A program made the position numbers and the translations under genes. Shown here piece after piece: positions 43,601 to 55,950 of a stretch of 64,000 nt of DNA. Positions within the stretch are counted from its first letter, which is position 1, and the number at the start of each line of letters is the position of its first letter. The stretch is taken from the NCBI GenBank assembly GCA_964057225.1, contig OZ059896.1:23064001-23128000 (forward strand). The letters are read 5' to 3'. The notes under the pieces are model-generated. The model saw only the letters and a program-made list of their open reading frames with translations. It did not search any database and had not been told where the DNA came from. The DNA comes from Auanema rhodensis. Its lineage: Eukaryota; Animalia; Nematoda.

Positions 43601-45640
43601 TACACGTGATGTGCTCTTGGTATGTAACTCGCTTCACGTGAAAGATAAAGAGATGCGGTTTTCAAAATTAGATTCCCCATGTCCATATTAGTCTAAAAAC
43701 AAATTTTTATTAATATTGGTTCATGGTAACCATGTCTTTGAAATTTACGTGAACTTTAATTTATGCTAATTAAATGTACACGTGATGTGCACTTGGTATG
43801 TAACTCGCTTCACGTGAAAGAAAAAGAGATGCGGTTTTCAAAATTAGATTCCCCATGTCCATATTAGTCTAAAAACAAATTTTTATTGATATTGGTTCAT
43901 GGTAACCATGACTTTGAAATTTACGTGAACTTTAATTTATGCTAATTAAATGTACACGTGATGTGCACTTGGTATGTAACTCGCTTCACGTGAAAGATAA
44001 AGAGATGCGGTTTTCAAAATTAGATTCCCCATTTCCATATTAGTCTAAAAACAAATTTTTATTAATATTGGTTCATGGTAACCATGTCTTTGAAATTTAC
44101 GTGAACTTTAATTTATGCTAATTAAATGTACACGTGATGTGCACTTGGTATGTAACTCGCTTCACGTGAAAGAAAAAGAGATGCGGTTTTCAAAATTAGA
44201 TTCCCCATGTCCATATTAGTCTAAAAACAAATTTTTATTGATATTGGTTCATGGTAACCATGACTTTGAAATTTACGTGAACTTTAATTTATGCTAATTA
44301 AATGTACACGTGATGTGCACTTGGTATGTAACTCGCTTCACGTGAAAGATAAAGAGATGCGGTTTTCAAAATTAGATTCCCCATTTCCATATTAGTCTAA
44401 AAACAAATTTGTATTAATATTGGCTCATGGTAACCATGTCTTTGAAATTTACGTGAACTTTAATTTATGCTAATTAAATGTACACGTGATGTGCACTTGG
44501 TATGTAACTCGCTTCACGTGAAAGATAAAGAGATGCGGTTTTCAAAATTAGATTCCCCATGTCCATATTAGTCTAAAAACAAATTTTTATTGATATTGGT
44601 TCATGGTAACCATGATTTTGAAATTTACGTGAACTTTAATTTATGCTAATTAAATGTACACGTGATGTGCACTTGGTATGTAACTCGCTTCACGTGAAAG
44701 ATAAAGAAATGCGGTTTTCAAAATTAGATTCCCCATGTCCATTTTAGTCTAAAAACAAATTTTTATTGATATTGGTTCATGGTAACCATGACTTTGAAAT
44801 TTACGTGAACTTTAATTTATGCTAATTAAATGTACACGTGATGTGCACTTGGTATGTAACTCGCTTCACGTGAAAGATAAAGAGATGCGGTTTTCAAAAT
44901 TAGATTCCCCATGTCCATATTAGTCTAAAAACAAATTTTTATTAATATTGGTTCATGGTAACCATGTCTTTGAAATTTACGTGAACTTTAATTTATGCTA
45001 ATTAAATGTACACGTGATGTGCTCTTGGTATGTAACTCGCTTCACGTGAAAGATAAAGAGATGCGGTTTTCAAAATTAGATTCCCCATGTCCATATTAGT
45101 CTAAAAACAAATTTTTATTGATATTGGTTCATGGTAACCATGACTTTGAAATTTACGTGAACTTTAATTTATGCTAATTAAATGTACACGTGATGTGCAC
45201 TTGGTATGTAACTCGCTTCACGTGAAAGATAAAGAGATGCGGTTTTCAAAATTAGATTCCCCATGTCCATATTAGTCTAAAAACAAATTTTTATTAATAT
45301 TGGTTCATGGTAACCATGTCTTTGAAATTTACGTGAACTTTAATTTATGCTAATTAAATGTACACGTGATGTGCACTTGGTATGTAACTCGCTTCACGTG
45401 AAAGATAAAGAGATGCGGTTTTCAAAATTAGATTCCCCATGTCCATATTAGTCTAAAAACAAATTTTTATTAATATTGGTTCATGGTAACCATGTCTTTG
45501 AAATTTACGTGAACTTTAATTTATGCTAATTAAATGTACACGTGATGTGCACTTGGTATGTAACTCGCTTCACGTGAAAGATAAAGAGATGCGGTTTTCA
45601 AAATTAGATTCCCCATGTCCATATTAGTCTAAAAACAAAT
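40655..45640 (+). repeat. 14-mer higher-order tandem duplication (2464 bp x2)
   Basis: The CATTTCC+AAATTTGTAT+ATTGGCTC monomer occurs only at 41882 and 44346; GAAATG+CATTTTAG monomer at 42234/44698; 41002/43466 also match. Confidence 0.9.
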
Positions 45641-48600
45641 TTTTATTAATATTGGTTCATGGTAACCATGTCTTTGAAATTTACGTGAACTTTAATTTAT
45701 GCTAATTAAATGTACACGTGATGTGCACTTGGTATGTAACTCGCTTCACGTGAAAGATAAAGAGATGCGGTTTTCAAAATTAAATTCCCCATGTCCATAT
45801 TAGTCTAAAAACAAATTTTTATTGATATTGGTTCATGGTAACCATGACTTTGAAATTTACGTGAACTTTAATTTATGCTAATTAAATGTACACGTGATGT
45901 GCACTTGGTATGTAACTCGCTTCACGTGAAAGATAAAGAGATGCGGTTTTCAAAATTAGATTCCCCATGTCCATATTAGTCTAAAAACAACTTTTTATTA
46001 ATATTGGTTCATGGTAACCATGTCTTTGAAATTTACGTGAACTTTAATTTATGCTAATTAAATGTACACGTGATGTGCACTTGGTATGTAACTCGCTTCA
46101 CGTGAAAGATAAAGAGATGCGGTTTTCAAAATTAGATTCCCCATGTCCATATTAGTCTAAAAACAAATTTTTATTGATATTGGTTCATGGTAACCATGAC
46201 TTTGAAATTTACGTGAACTTTAATTTATGCTAATTAAATGTACACGTGATGTGCACTTGGTATGTAACTCGCTTCACGTGAAAGATAAAGAGATGCGGTT
46301 TTCAAAATTAGATTCCCCATGTCCATATTAGTCTAAAAACAACTTTTTATTAATATTGGTTCATGGTAACCATGTCTTTGAAATTTACGTGAACTTTAAT
46401 TTATGCTAATTAAATGTACACGTGATGTGCACTTGGTATGTAACTCGCTTCACGTGAAAGATAAAGAGATGCGGTTTTCAAAATTAGATTCCCCATGTCC
46501 ATATTAGTCTAAAAACAAATTTTTATTAATATTGGTTCATGGTAACCATGTCTTTGAAATTTACGTGAACTTTAATTTATGCTAATTAAATGTACACGTG
46601 ATGTGCACTTGGTATGTAACTCGCTTCACGTGAAAGATAAAGAGATGCGGTTTTCAAAATTAAATTCCCCATGTCCATATTAGTCTAAAAACAAATTTTT
46701 ATTGATATTGGTTCATGGTAACCATGACTTTGAAATTTACGTGAACTTTAATTTATGCTAATTAAATGTACACGTGATGTGCACTTGGTATGTAACTCGC
46801 TTCACGTGAAAGATAAAGAGATGCGGTTTTCAAAATTAGATTCCCCATGTCCATATTAGTCTAAAAACAAATTTTTATTGATATTGCTTCATGGTAACCA
46901 TGACTTTGAAATTTACGTGAACTTTAATTTATGCTAATTAAATGTACACGTGATGTGCACTTGGTATGTAACTCGCTTCACGTGAAAGATAAAGAGATGC
47001 GGTTTTCAAAATTAGATTCCCCATGTCCATATTAGTCTAAAAACAAATTTTTATTAATATTGGTTCATGGTAACCATGACTTTGAAATTTACGTGAACTT
47101 TAATTTATGCTAATTAAATGTACACGTGATGTGCACTTGGTATGTAACTCGCTTCACGTGAAAGATAAAGAGATGCGGTTTTCAAAATTAGATTCCCCAT
47201 GTCCATATTAGTCTAAAAACAACTTTTTATTAATATTGGTTCATGGTAACCATGTCTTTGAAATTTACGTGAACTTTAATTTATGCTAATTAAATGTACA
47301 CGTGATGTGCACTTGGTATGTAACTCGCTTCACGTGAAAGATAAAGAGATGCGGTTTTCAAAATTAGATTCCCCATGTCCATATTAGTCTAAAAACAAAT
47401 TTTTATTAATATTGGTTCATGGTAACCATGTCTTTGAAATTTACGTGAACTTTAATTTATGCTAATTAAATGTACACGTGATGTGCACTTGGTATGTAAC
47501 TCGCTTCACGTGAAAGATAAAGAGATGCGGTTTTCAAAATTAAATTCCCCATGTCCATATTAGTCTAAAAACAAATTTTTATTGATATTGGTTCATGGTA
47601 ACCATGACTTTGAAATTTACGTGAACTTTAATTTATGCTAATTAAATGTACACGTGATGTGCACTTGGTATGTAACTCGCTTCACGTGAAAGATAAAGAG
47701 ATGCGGTTTTCAAAATTAGATTCCCCATGTCCATATTAGTCTAAAAACAAATTTTTATTGATATTGGTTCATGGTAACCATGACTTTGAAATTTACGTGA
47801 ACTTTAATTTATGCTAATTAAATGTACACGTGATGTGCACTTGGTATGTAACTCGCTTCACGTGAAAGATAAAGAGATGCGGTTTTCAAAATTAGATTCC
47901 CCATGTCCATATTAGTCTAAAAACAAATTTTTATTGATATTGCTTCATGGTAACCATGACTTTGAAATTTACGTGAACTTTAATTTATGCTAATTAAATG
48001 TACACGTGATGTGCACTTGGTATGTAACTCGCTTCACGTGAAAGATAAAGAGATGCGGTTTTCAAAATTAGATTCCCCATGTCCATATTAGTCTAAAAAC
48101 AAATTTTTATTAATATTGGTTCATGGTAACCATGACTTTGAAATTTACGTGAACTTTAATTTATGCTAATTAAATGTACACGTGATGTGCACTTGGTATG
48201 TAACTCGCTTCACGTGAAAGATAAAGAGATGCGGTTTTCAAAATTAGATTCCCCATGTCCATATTAGTCTAAAAACAAATTTTTATTGATATTGCTTCAT
48301 GGTAACCATGACTTTGAAATTTACGTGAACTTTAATTTATGCTAATTAAATGTACACGTGATGTGCACTTGGTATGTAACTCGCTTCACGTAAAAGATAA
48401 AGAGATGCGGTTTTCAAAATTAGATTCCCCATGTCCATATTAGTCTAAAAACAATTTTTTATTAATATTGGTTCATGGTAACCATGTCTTTGAAATTTAC
48501 GTGAACTTTAATTTATGCTAATTAAATGTACACGTGATGTGCACTTGGTATGTAACTCGCTTCAAGTGAAAGATAAAGAGATGCGGTTTTCAAAATTAGA

Positions 48601-48921
48601 TTCCCCATGTCCATATTAGTCTAAAAACAAATTTTTATTAATATTGGTTCATGGTAACCATGTCTTTGAAATTTACGTGAACTTTAATTTATGCTAATTA
48701 AATGTACACGTGATGTGCACTTGGTATGTAACTCGCTTCACGTGAAAGATAAAGAGATGCGGTTTTCAAAATTAGATTCCCCATGTCCATATTAGTCTAA
48801 AAACAAATTTTTATTGATATTGGTTCATGGTAACCATGACTTTGAAATTTACGTGAACTTTAATTTATGCTAATTAAATGTACACGTGATGTGCACTTGG
48901 TATGTAACTCGCTTCACGTGA

Positions 48922-51900
48922 AAGATAAAGAGATGCGGTTTTCAAAATTAGATTCCCCATGTCCATATTAGTCTAAAAACAAATTTTTATTAATATTGGT
49001 TCATGGTAACCATGTCTTTGAAATTTACGTGAACTTTAATTTATGCTAATTAAATGTACACGTGATGTGCACTTGGTATGTAACTCGCTTCACGTAAAAG
49101 ATAAAGAGATGCGGTCTTCAAAATTAGATTCCCCATGTCCATATTAGTCTAAAAACAAATTTTTATTGATATTGGTTCATGGTAACCATGATTTTGAAAT
49201 TTACGTGAACTTTAATTTATGCTAATTAAATGTACACGTGATGTGCACTTGGTATGTAACTCGCTTCACGTGAAAGATAAAGAGATGCGGTTTTCAAAAT
49301 TAGATTCCCCATGTCCATATTAGTCTAAAAACAAATTTTTATTAATATTGGTTCATGGTAACCATGTCTTTGAAATTTACGTGAACTTTAATTTATGCTA
49401 ATTAAATGTACACGTGATGTGCACTTGGTATGTAACTCGCTTCACGTGAAAGATAAAGAGATGCGGTTTTCAAAATTAGATTCCCCATGTTCATATTAGT
49501 CTAAAAACAAATTTTTATTAATATTGGTTCATGGTAACCATGTCTTTGAAATTTACGTGAACTTTAATTTATGCTAATTAAATGTACACGTGATGTGCAC
49601 TTGGTATGTAACTCGCTTCACGTGAAAGATAAAGAGATGCGGTTTTCAAAATTAGATTCCCCATGTCCATATTAGTCTAAAAAAAATTTTTATTAATATT
49701 GGTTCATGGTAACCATGTCTTTGAAATTTACGTGAACTTTAATTTATGCTAATTAAATGTACACGTGATGTGCACTTGGTATGTAACTCGCTTCACGTGA
49801 AAGATAAAGAGATGCGGTTTTCAAAATTAGATTCCCCATGTCCATATTAGTCTAAAAACAAATTTTTATTAATATTGGTTCATGGTAACCATGTCTTTGA
49901 AATTTACGTGAACTTTAATTTATGCTAATTAAATGTACACGTGATGTGCACTTGGTATGTAACTCGCTTCACGTGAAAGATAAAGAGATGCGGTTTTCAA
50001 AATTAGATTCCCCATGTCCATATTAGTCTAAAAACAAATTTTTATTGATATTGATTCATGGTAACCATGACTTTGAAATTTACGTGAACTTTAATTTATG
50101 CTAATTAAATGTACACGTGATGTGCACTTGGTATGTAACTCGCTTCACGTGAAAGATAAAGAGATGCGGTTTTCAAAATTAGATTCCCCATGTCCATATT
50201 AGTCTAAAAACAAATTTTTATTAATATTGGTTCATGGTAACCATGTCTTTGAAATTTACGTGAACTTTAATTTATGCTAATTAAATGTACACGTGATGTG
50301 CACTTGGTATGTAACTCGCTTCATGTAAAAGATAAAGAGATGCGGTCTTCAAAATTAGATTCCCCATGTCCATATTAGTCTAAAAACAAATTATTATTGA
50401 TATTGGTTCATGGTAACCATGATTTTGAAATTTACGTGAACTTTAATTTATGCTAATTAAATGTACACGTGATGTGCACTTGGTATGTAACTCGCTTCAT
50501 GTAAAAGATAAAGAGATGCGGTCTTCAAAATTAGATTCCCCATGTCCATATTAGTCTAAAAACAAATTATTATTGATATTGGTTCATGGTAACCATGATT
50601 TTGAAATTTACGTGAACTTTAATTTATGCTAATTAAATGTACACGTGATGTGCACTTGGTATGTAACTCGCTTCACGTGAAAGATAAAGAAATGCGGTTT
50701 TCAAAATTAGATTCCCCATGTCCATTTTAGTCTAAAAACAAATTTTTATTGATATTGGTTCATGGTAACCATGACTTTGAAATTTACGTGAACTTTAATT
50801 TATGCTAATTAAATGTACACGTGATGTGCACTTGGTATGTAACTCGCTTCACGTGAAAGATAAAGAGATGCGGTTTTCAAAATTAGATTCCCCATGTCCA
50901 TATTAGTCTAAAAACAAATTTTTATTAATATTGGTTCATGGTAACCATGTCTTTGAAATTTACGTGAACTTTAATTTATGCTAATTAAATGTACACGTGA
51001 TGTGCACTTGGTATGTAACTCGCTTCACGTGAAAGATAAAGAGATGCGGTTTTCAAAATTAGATTCCCCATGTCCATATTAGTCTAAAAACAAATTTTTA
51101 TTAATATTGGTTCATGGTAACCATGTCTTTGAAATTTACGTGAACTTTAATTTATGCTAATTAAATGTACACGTGATGTGCACTTGGTATGTAACTCGCT
51201 TCACGTGAAAGATAAAGAGATGCGGTTTTCAAAATTAGATTCCCCATGTCCATATTAGTCTAAAAACAAATTTTTATTAATATTGGTTCATGGTAACCAT
51301 GTCTTTGAAATTTACGTGAACTTTAATTTATGCTAATTAAATGTACACGTGATGTGCACTTGGTATGTAACTCGCTTCACGTAAAAGATAAAGAGATGCG
51401 GTCTTCAAAATTAGATTCCCCATGTCCATATTAGTCTAAAAACAAATTTTTATTGATATTGGTTCATGGTAACCATGATTTTGAAATTTACGTGAACTTT
51501 AATTTATGCTAATTAAATGTACACGTGATGTGCACTTGGTATGTAACTCGCTTCACGTGAAAGATAAAGAGATGCGGTTTTCAAAATTAGATTCCCCATG
51601 TCCATATTAGTCTAAAAACAAATTTTTATTAATATTGGTTCATGGTAACCATGTCTTTGAAATTTACGTGAACTTTAATTTATGCTAATTAAATGTACAC
51701 ATGATGTGCACTTGGTATGTAACTCGCTTCACGTGAAAGATAAAGAGATGCGGTTTTCAAAATTAGATTCCCCATGTTCATATTAGTCTAAAAACAAATT
51801 TTTATTAATATTGGTTCATGGTAACCATGTCTTTGAAATTTACGTGAACTATAATTTATGCTAATTAAATGTACACGTGATGTGCACTTGGTATGTAACT

Positions 51901-54900
51901 CGCTTCACGTGAAAGATAAAGAGATGCGGTTTTCAAAATTAGATTCCCCATGTCCATATTAGTCTAAAAAAAATTTTTATTAATATTGGTTCATGGTAAC
52001 CATGTCTTTGAAATTTACGTGAACTTTAATTTATGCTAATTAAATGTACACGTGATGTGCACTTGGTATGTAACTCGCTTCACGTGAAAGATAAAGAGAT
52101 GCGGTTTTCAAAATTAGATTCCCCATGTCCATATTAGTCTAAAAACAAATTTTTATTAATATTGGTTCATGGTAACCATGTCTTTGAAATTTACGTGAAC
52201 TTTAATTTATGCTAATTAAATGTACACGTGATGTGCACTTGGTATGTAACTCGCTTCACGTGAAAGATAAAGAGATGCGGTTTTCAAAATTAGATTCCCC
52301 ATGTCCATATTAGTCTAAAAACAAATTTTTATTGATATTGATTCATGGTAACCATGACTTTGAAATTTACGTGAACTTTAATTTATGCTAATTAAATGTA
52401 CACGTGATGTGCACTTGGTATGTAACTCGCTTCACGTGAAAGATAAAGAGATGCGGTTTTCAAAATTAGATTCCCCATGTCCATATTAGTCTAAAAACAA
52501 ATTTTTATTAATATTGGTTCATGGTAACCATGTCTTTGAAATTTACGTGAACTTTAATTTATGCTAATTAAATGTACACGTGATGTGCACTTGGTATGTA
52601 ACTCGCTTCATGTAAAAGATAAAGAGATGCGGTCTTCAAAATTAGATTCCCCATGTCCATATTAGTCTAAAAACAAATTATTATTGATATTGGTTCATGG
52701 TAACCATGATTTTGAAATTTACGTGAACTTTAATTTATGCTAATTAAATGTACACGTGATGTGCACTTGGTATGTAACTCGCTTCATGTAAAAGATAAAG
52801 AGATGCGGTCTTCAAAATTAGATTCCCCATGTCCATATTAGTCTAAAAACAAATTATTATTGATATTGGTTCATGGTAACCATGATTTTGAAATTTACGT
52901 GAACTTTAATTTATGCTAATTAAATGTACACGTGATGTGCACTTGGTATGTAACTCGCTTCACGTGAAAGATAAAGAAATGCGGTTTTCAAAATTAGATT
53001 CCCCATGTCCATTTTAGTCTAAAAACAAATTTTTATTGATATTGGTTCATGGTAACCATGACTTTGAAATTTACGTGAACTTTAATTTATGCTAATTAAA
53101 TGTACACGTGATGTGCACTTGGTATGTAACTCGCTTCACGTGAAAGATAAAGAGATGCGGTTTTCAAAATTAGATTCCCCATGTCCATATTAGTCTAAAA
53201 ACAAATTTTTATTAATATTGGTTCATGGTAACCATGTCTTTGAAATTTACGTGAACTTTAATTTATGCTAATTAAATGTACACGTGATGTGCACTTGGTA
53301 TGTAACTCGCTTCACGTGAAAGATAAAGAGATGCGGTTTTCAAAATTAGATTCCCCATGTCCATATTAGTCTAAAAACAAATTTTTATTAATATTGGTTC
53401 ATGGTAACCATGTCTTTGAAATTTACGTGAACTTTAATTTATGCTAATTAAATGTACACGTGATGTGCACTTGGTATGTAACTCGCTTCACGTGAAAGAT
53501 AAAGAGATGCGGTTTTCAAAATTAGATTCCCCATGTCCATATTAGTCTAAAAACAAATTTTTATTAATATTGGTTCATGGTAACCATGTCTTTGAAATTT
53601 ACGTGAACTTTAATTTATGCTAATTAAATGTACACGTGATGTGCACTTGGTATGTAACTCGCTTCACGTAAAAGATAAAGAGATGCGGTCTTCAAAATTA
53701 GATTCCCCATGTCCATATTAGTCTAAAAACAAATTTTTATTGATATTGGTTCATGGTAACCATGATTTTGAAATTTACGTGAACTTTAATTTATGCTAAT
53801 TAAATGTACACGTGATGTGCACTTGGTATGTAACTCGCTTCACGTGAAAGATAAAGAGATGCGGTTTTCAAAATTAGATTCCCCATGTCCATATTAGTCT
53901 AAAAACAAATTTTTATTAATATTGGTTCATGGTAACCATGTCTTTGAAATTTACGTGAACTTTAATTTATGCTAATTAAATGTACACGTGATGTGCACTT
54001 GGTATGTAACTCGCTTCACGTGAAAGATAAAGAGATGCGGTTTTCAAAATTAGATTCCCCATGTTCATATTAGTCTAAAAACAAATTTTTATTAATATTG
54101 GTTCATGGTAACCATGTCTTTGAAATTTACGTGAACTATAATTTATGCTAATTAAATGTACACGTGATGTGCACTTGGTATGTAACTCGCTTCACGTGAA
54201 AGATAAAGAGATGCGGTTTTCAAAATTAGATTCCCCATGTCCATATTAGTCTAAAAAAAATTTTTATTAATATTGGTTCATGGTAACCATGTGTTTGAAA
54301 TTTACGTGAACTTTAATTTATGCTGATTAAATGTACACGTGATGTGCACTTGGTATGTAACTCGCTTCACGTGAAAGATAAAGAGATGCGGTTTTCAAAA
54401 TTAGATTCCCCATGTCCATATTAGTCTAAAAACAAATTTTTATTAATATTGGTTCATGGTAACCATGTCTTTGAAATTTACGTGAACTTTAATTTATGCT
54501 AATTAAATGTACACGTGATGTGCACTTGGTATGTAACTCGCTTCACGTGAAAGATAAAGAGATGCGGTTTTCAAAATTAGATTCCCCATGTCCATATTAG
54601 TCTAAAAACAAATTTTTATTGATATTGATTCATGGTAACCATGACTTTGAAATTTACGTGAACTTTAATTTATGCTAATTAAATGTACACGTGATGTGCA
54701 CTTGGTATGTAACTCGCTTCACGTGAAAGATAAAGAGATGCGGTTTTCAAAATTAGATTCCCCATGTCCATATTAGTCTAAAAACAAATTTTTATTAATA
54801 TTGGTTCATGGTAACCATGTCTTTGAAATTTACGTGAACTTTAATTTATGCTAATTAAATGTACACGTGATGTGCACTTGGTATGTAACTCGCTTCATGT

Positions 54901-55950
54901 AAAAGATAAAGAGATGCGGTCTTCAAAATTAGATTCCCCATGTCCATATTAGTCTAAAAACAAATTATTATTGATATTGGTTCATGGTAACCATGATTTT
55001 GAAATTTACGTGAACTTTAATTTATGCTAATTAAATGTACACGTGATGTGCACTTGGTATGTAACTCGCTTCATGTAAAAGATAAAGAGATGCGGTCTTC
55101 AAAATTAGATTCCCCATGTCCATATTAGTCTAAAAACAAATTATTATTGATATTGGTTCATGGTAACCATGATTTTGAAATTTACGTGAACTTTAATTTA
55201 TGCTAATTAAATGTACACGTGATGTGCACTTGGTATGTAACTCGCTTCACGTGAAAGATAAAGAAATGCGGTTTTCAAAATTAGATTCCCCATGTCCATT
55301 TTAGTCTAAAAACAAATTTTTATTGATATTGGTTCATGGTAACCATGACTTTGAAATTTACGTGAACTTTAATTTATGCTAATTAAATGTACACGTGATG
55401 TGCACTTGGTATGTAACTCGCTTCACGTGAAAGATAAAGAGATGCGGTTTTCAAAATTAGATTCCCCATGTCCATATTAGTCTAAAAACAAATTTTTATT
55501 AATATTGGTTCATGGTAACCATGTCTTTGAAATTTACGTGAACTTTAATTTATGCTAATTAAATGTACACGTGATGTGCACTTGGTATGTAACTCGCTTC
55601 ACGTGAAAGATAAAGAGATGCGGTTTTCAAAATTAGATTCCCCATGTCCATATTAGTCTAAAAACAAATTTTTATTAATATTGGTTCATGGTAACCATGT
55701 CTTTGAAATTTACGTGAACTTTAATTTATGCTAATTAAATGTACACGTGATGTGCACTTGGTATGTAACTCGCTTCACGTGAAAGATAAAGAGATGCGGT
55801 TTTCAAAATTAGATTCCCCATGTCCATATTAGTCTAAAAACAAATTTTTATTAATATTGGTTCATGGTAACCATGTCTTTGAAATTTACGTGAACTTTAA
55901 TTTATGCTAATTAAATGTACACGTGATGTGCACTTGGTATGTAACTCGCT
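48922..55950 (+). repeat. 13-mer higher-order repeat x3 (2287 bp)
   Basis: GGTCTTC+GATTTT monomers start at 49098, 51385 and 53672; C59-deletion monomers at 49626, 51913 and 54200. A related unit follows at 14-mer offset (56663). Confidence 0.93.
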
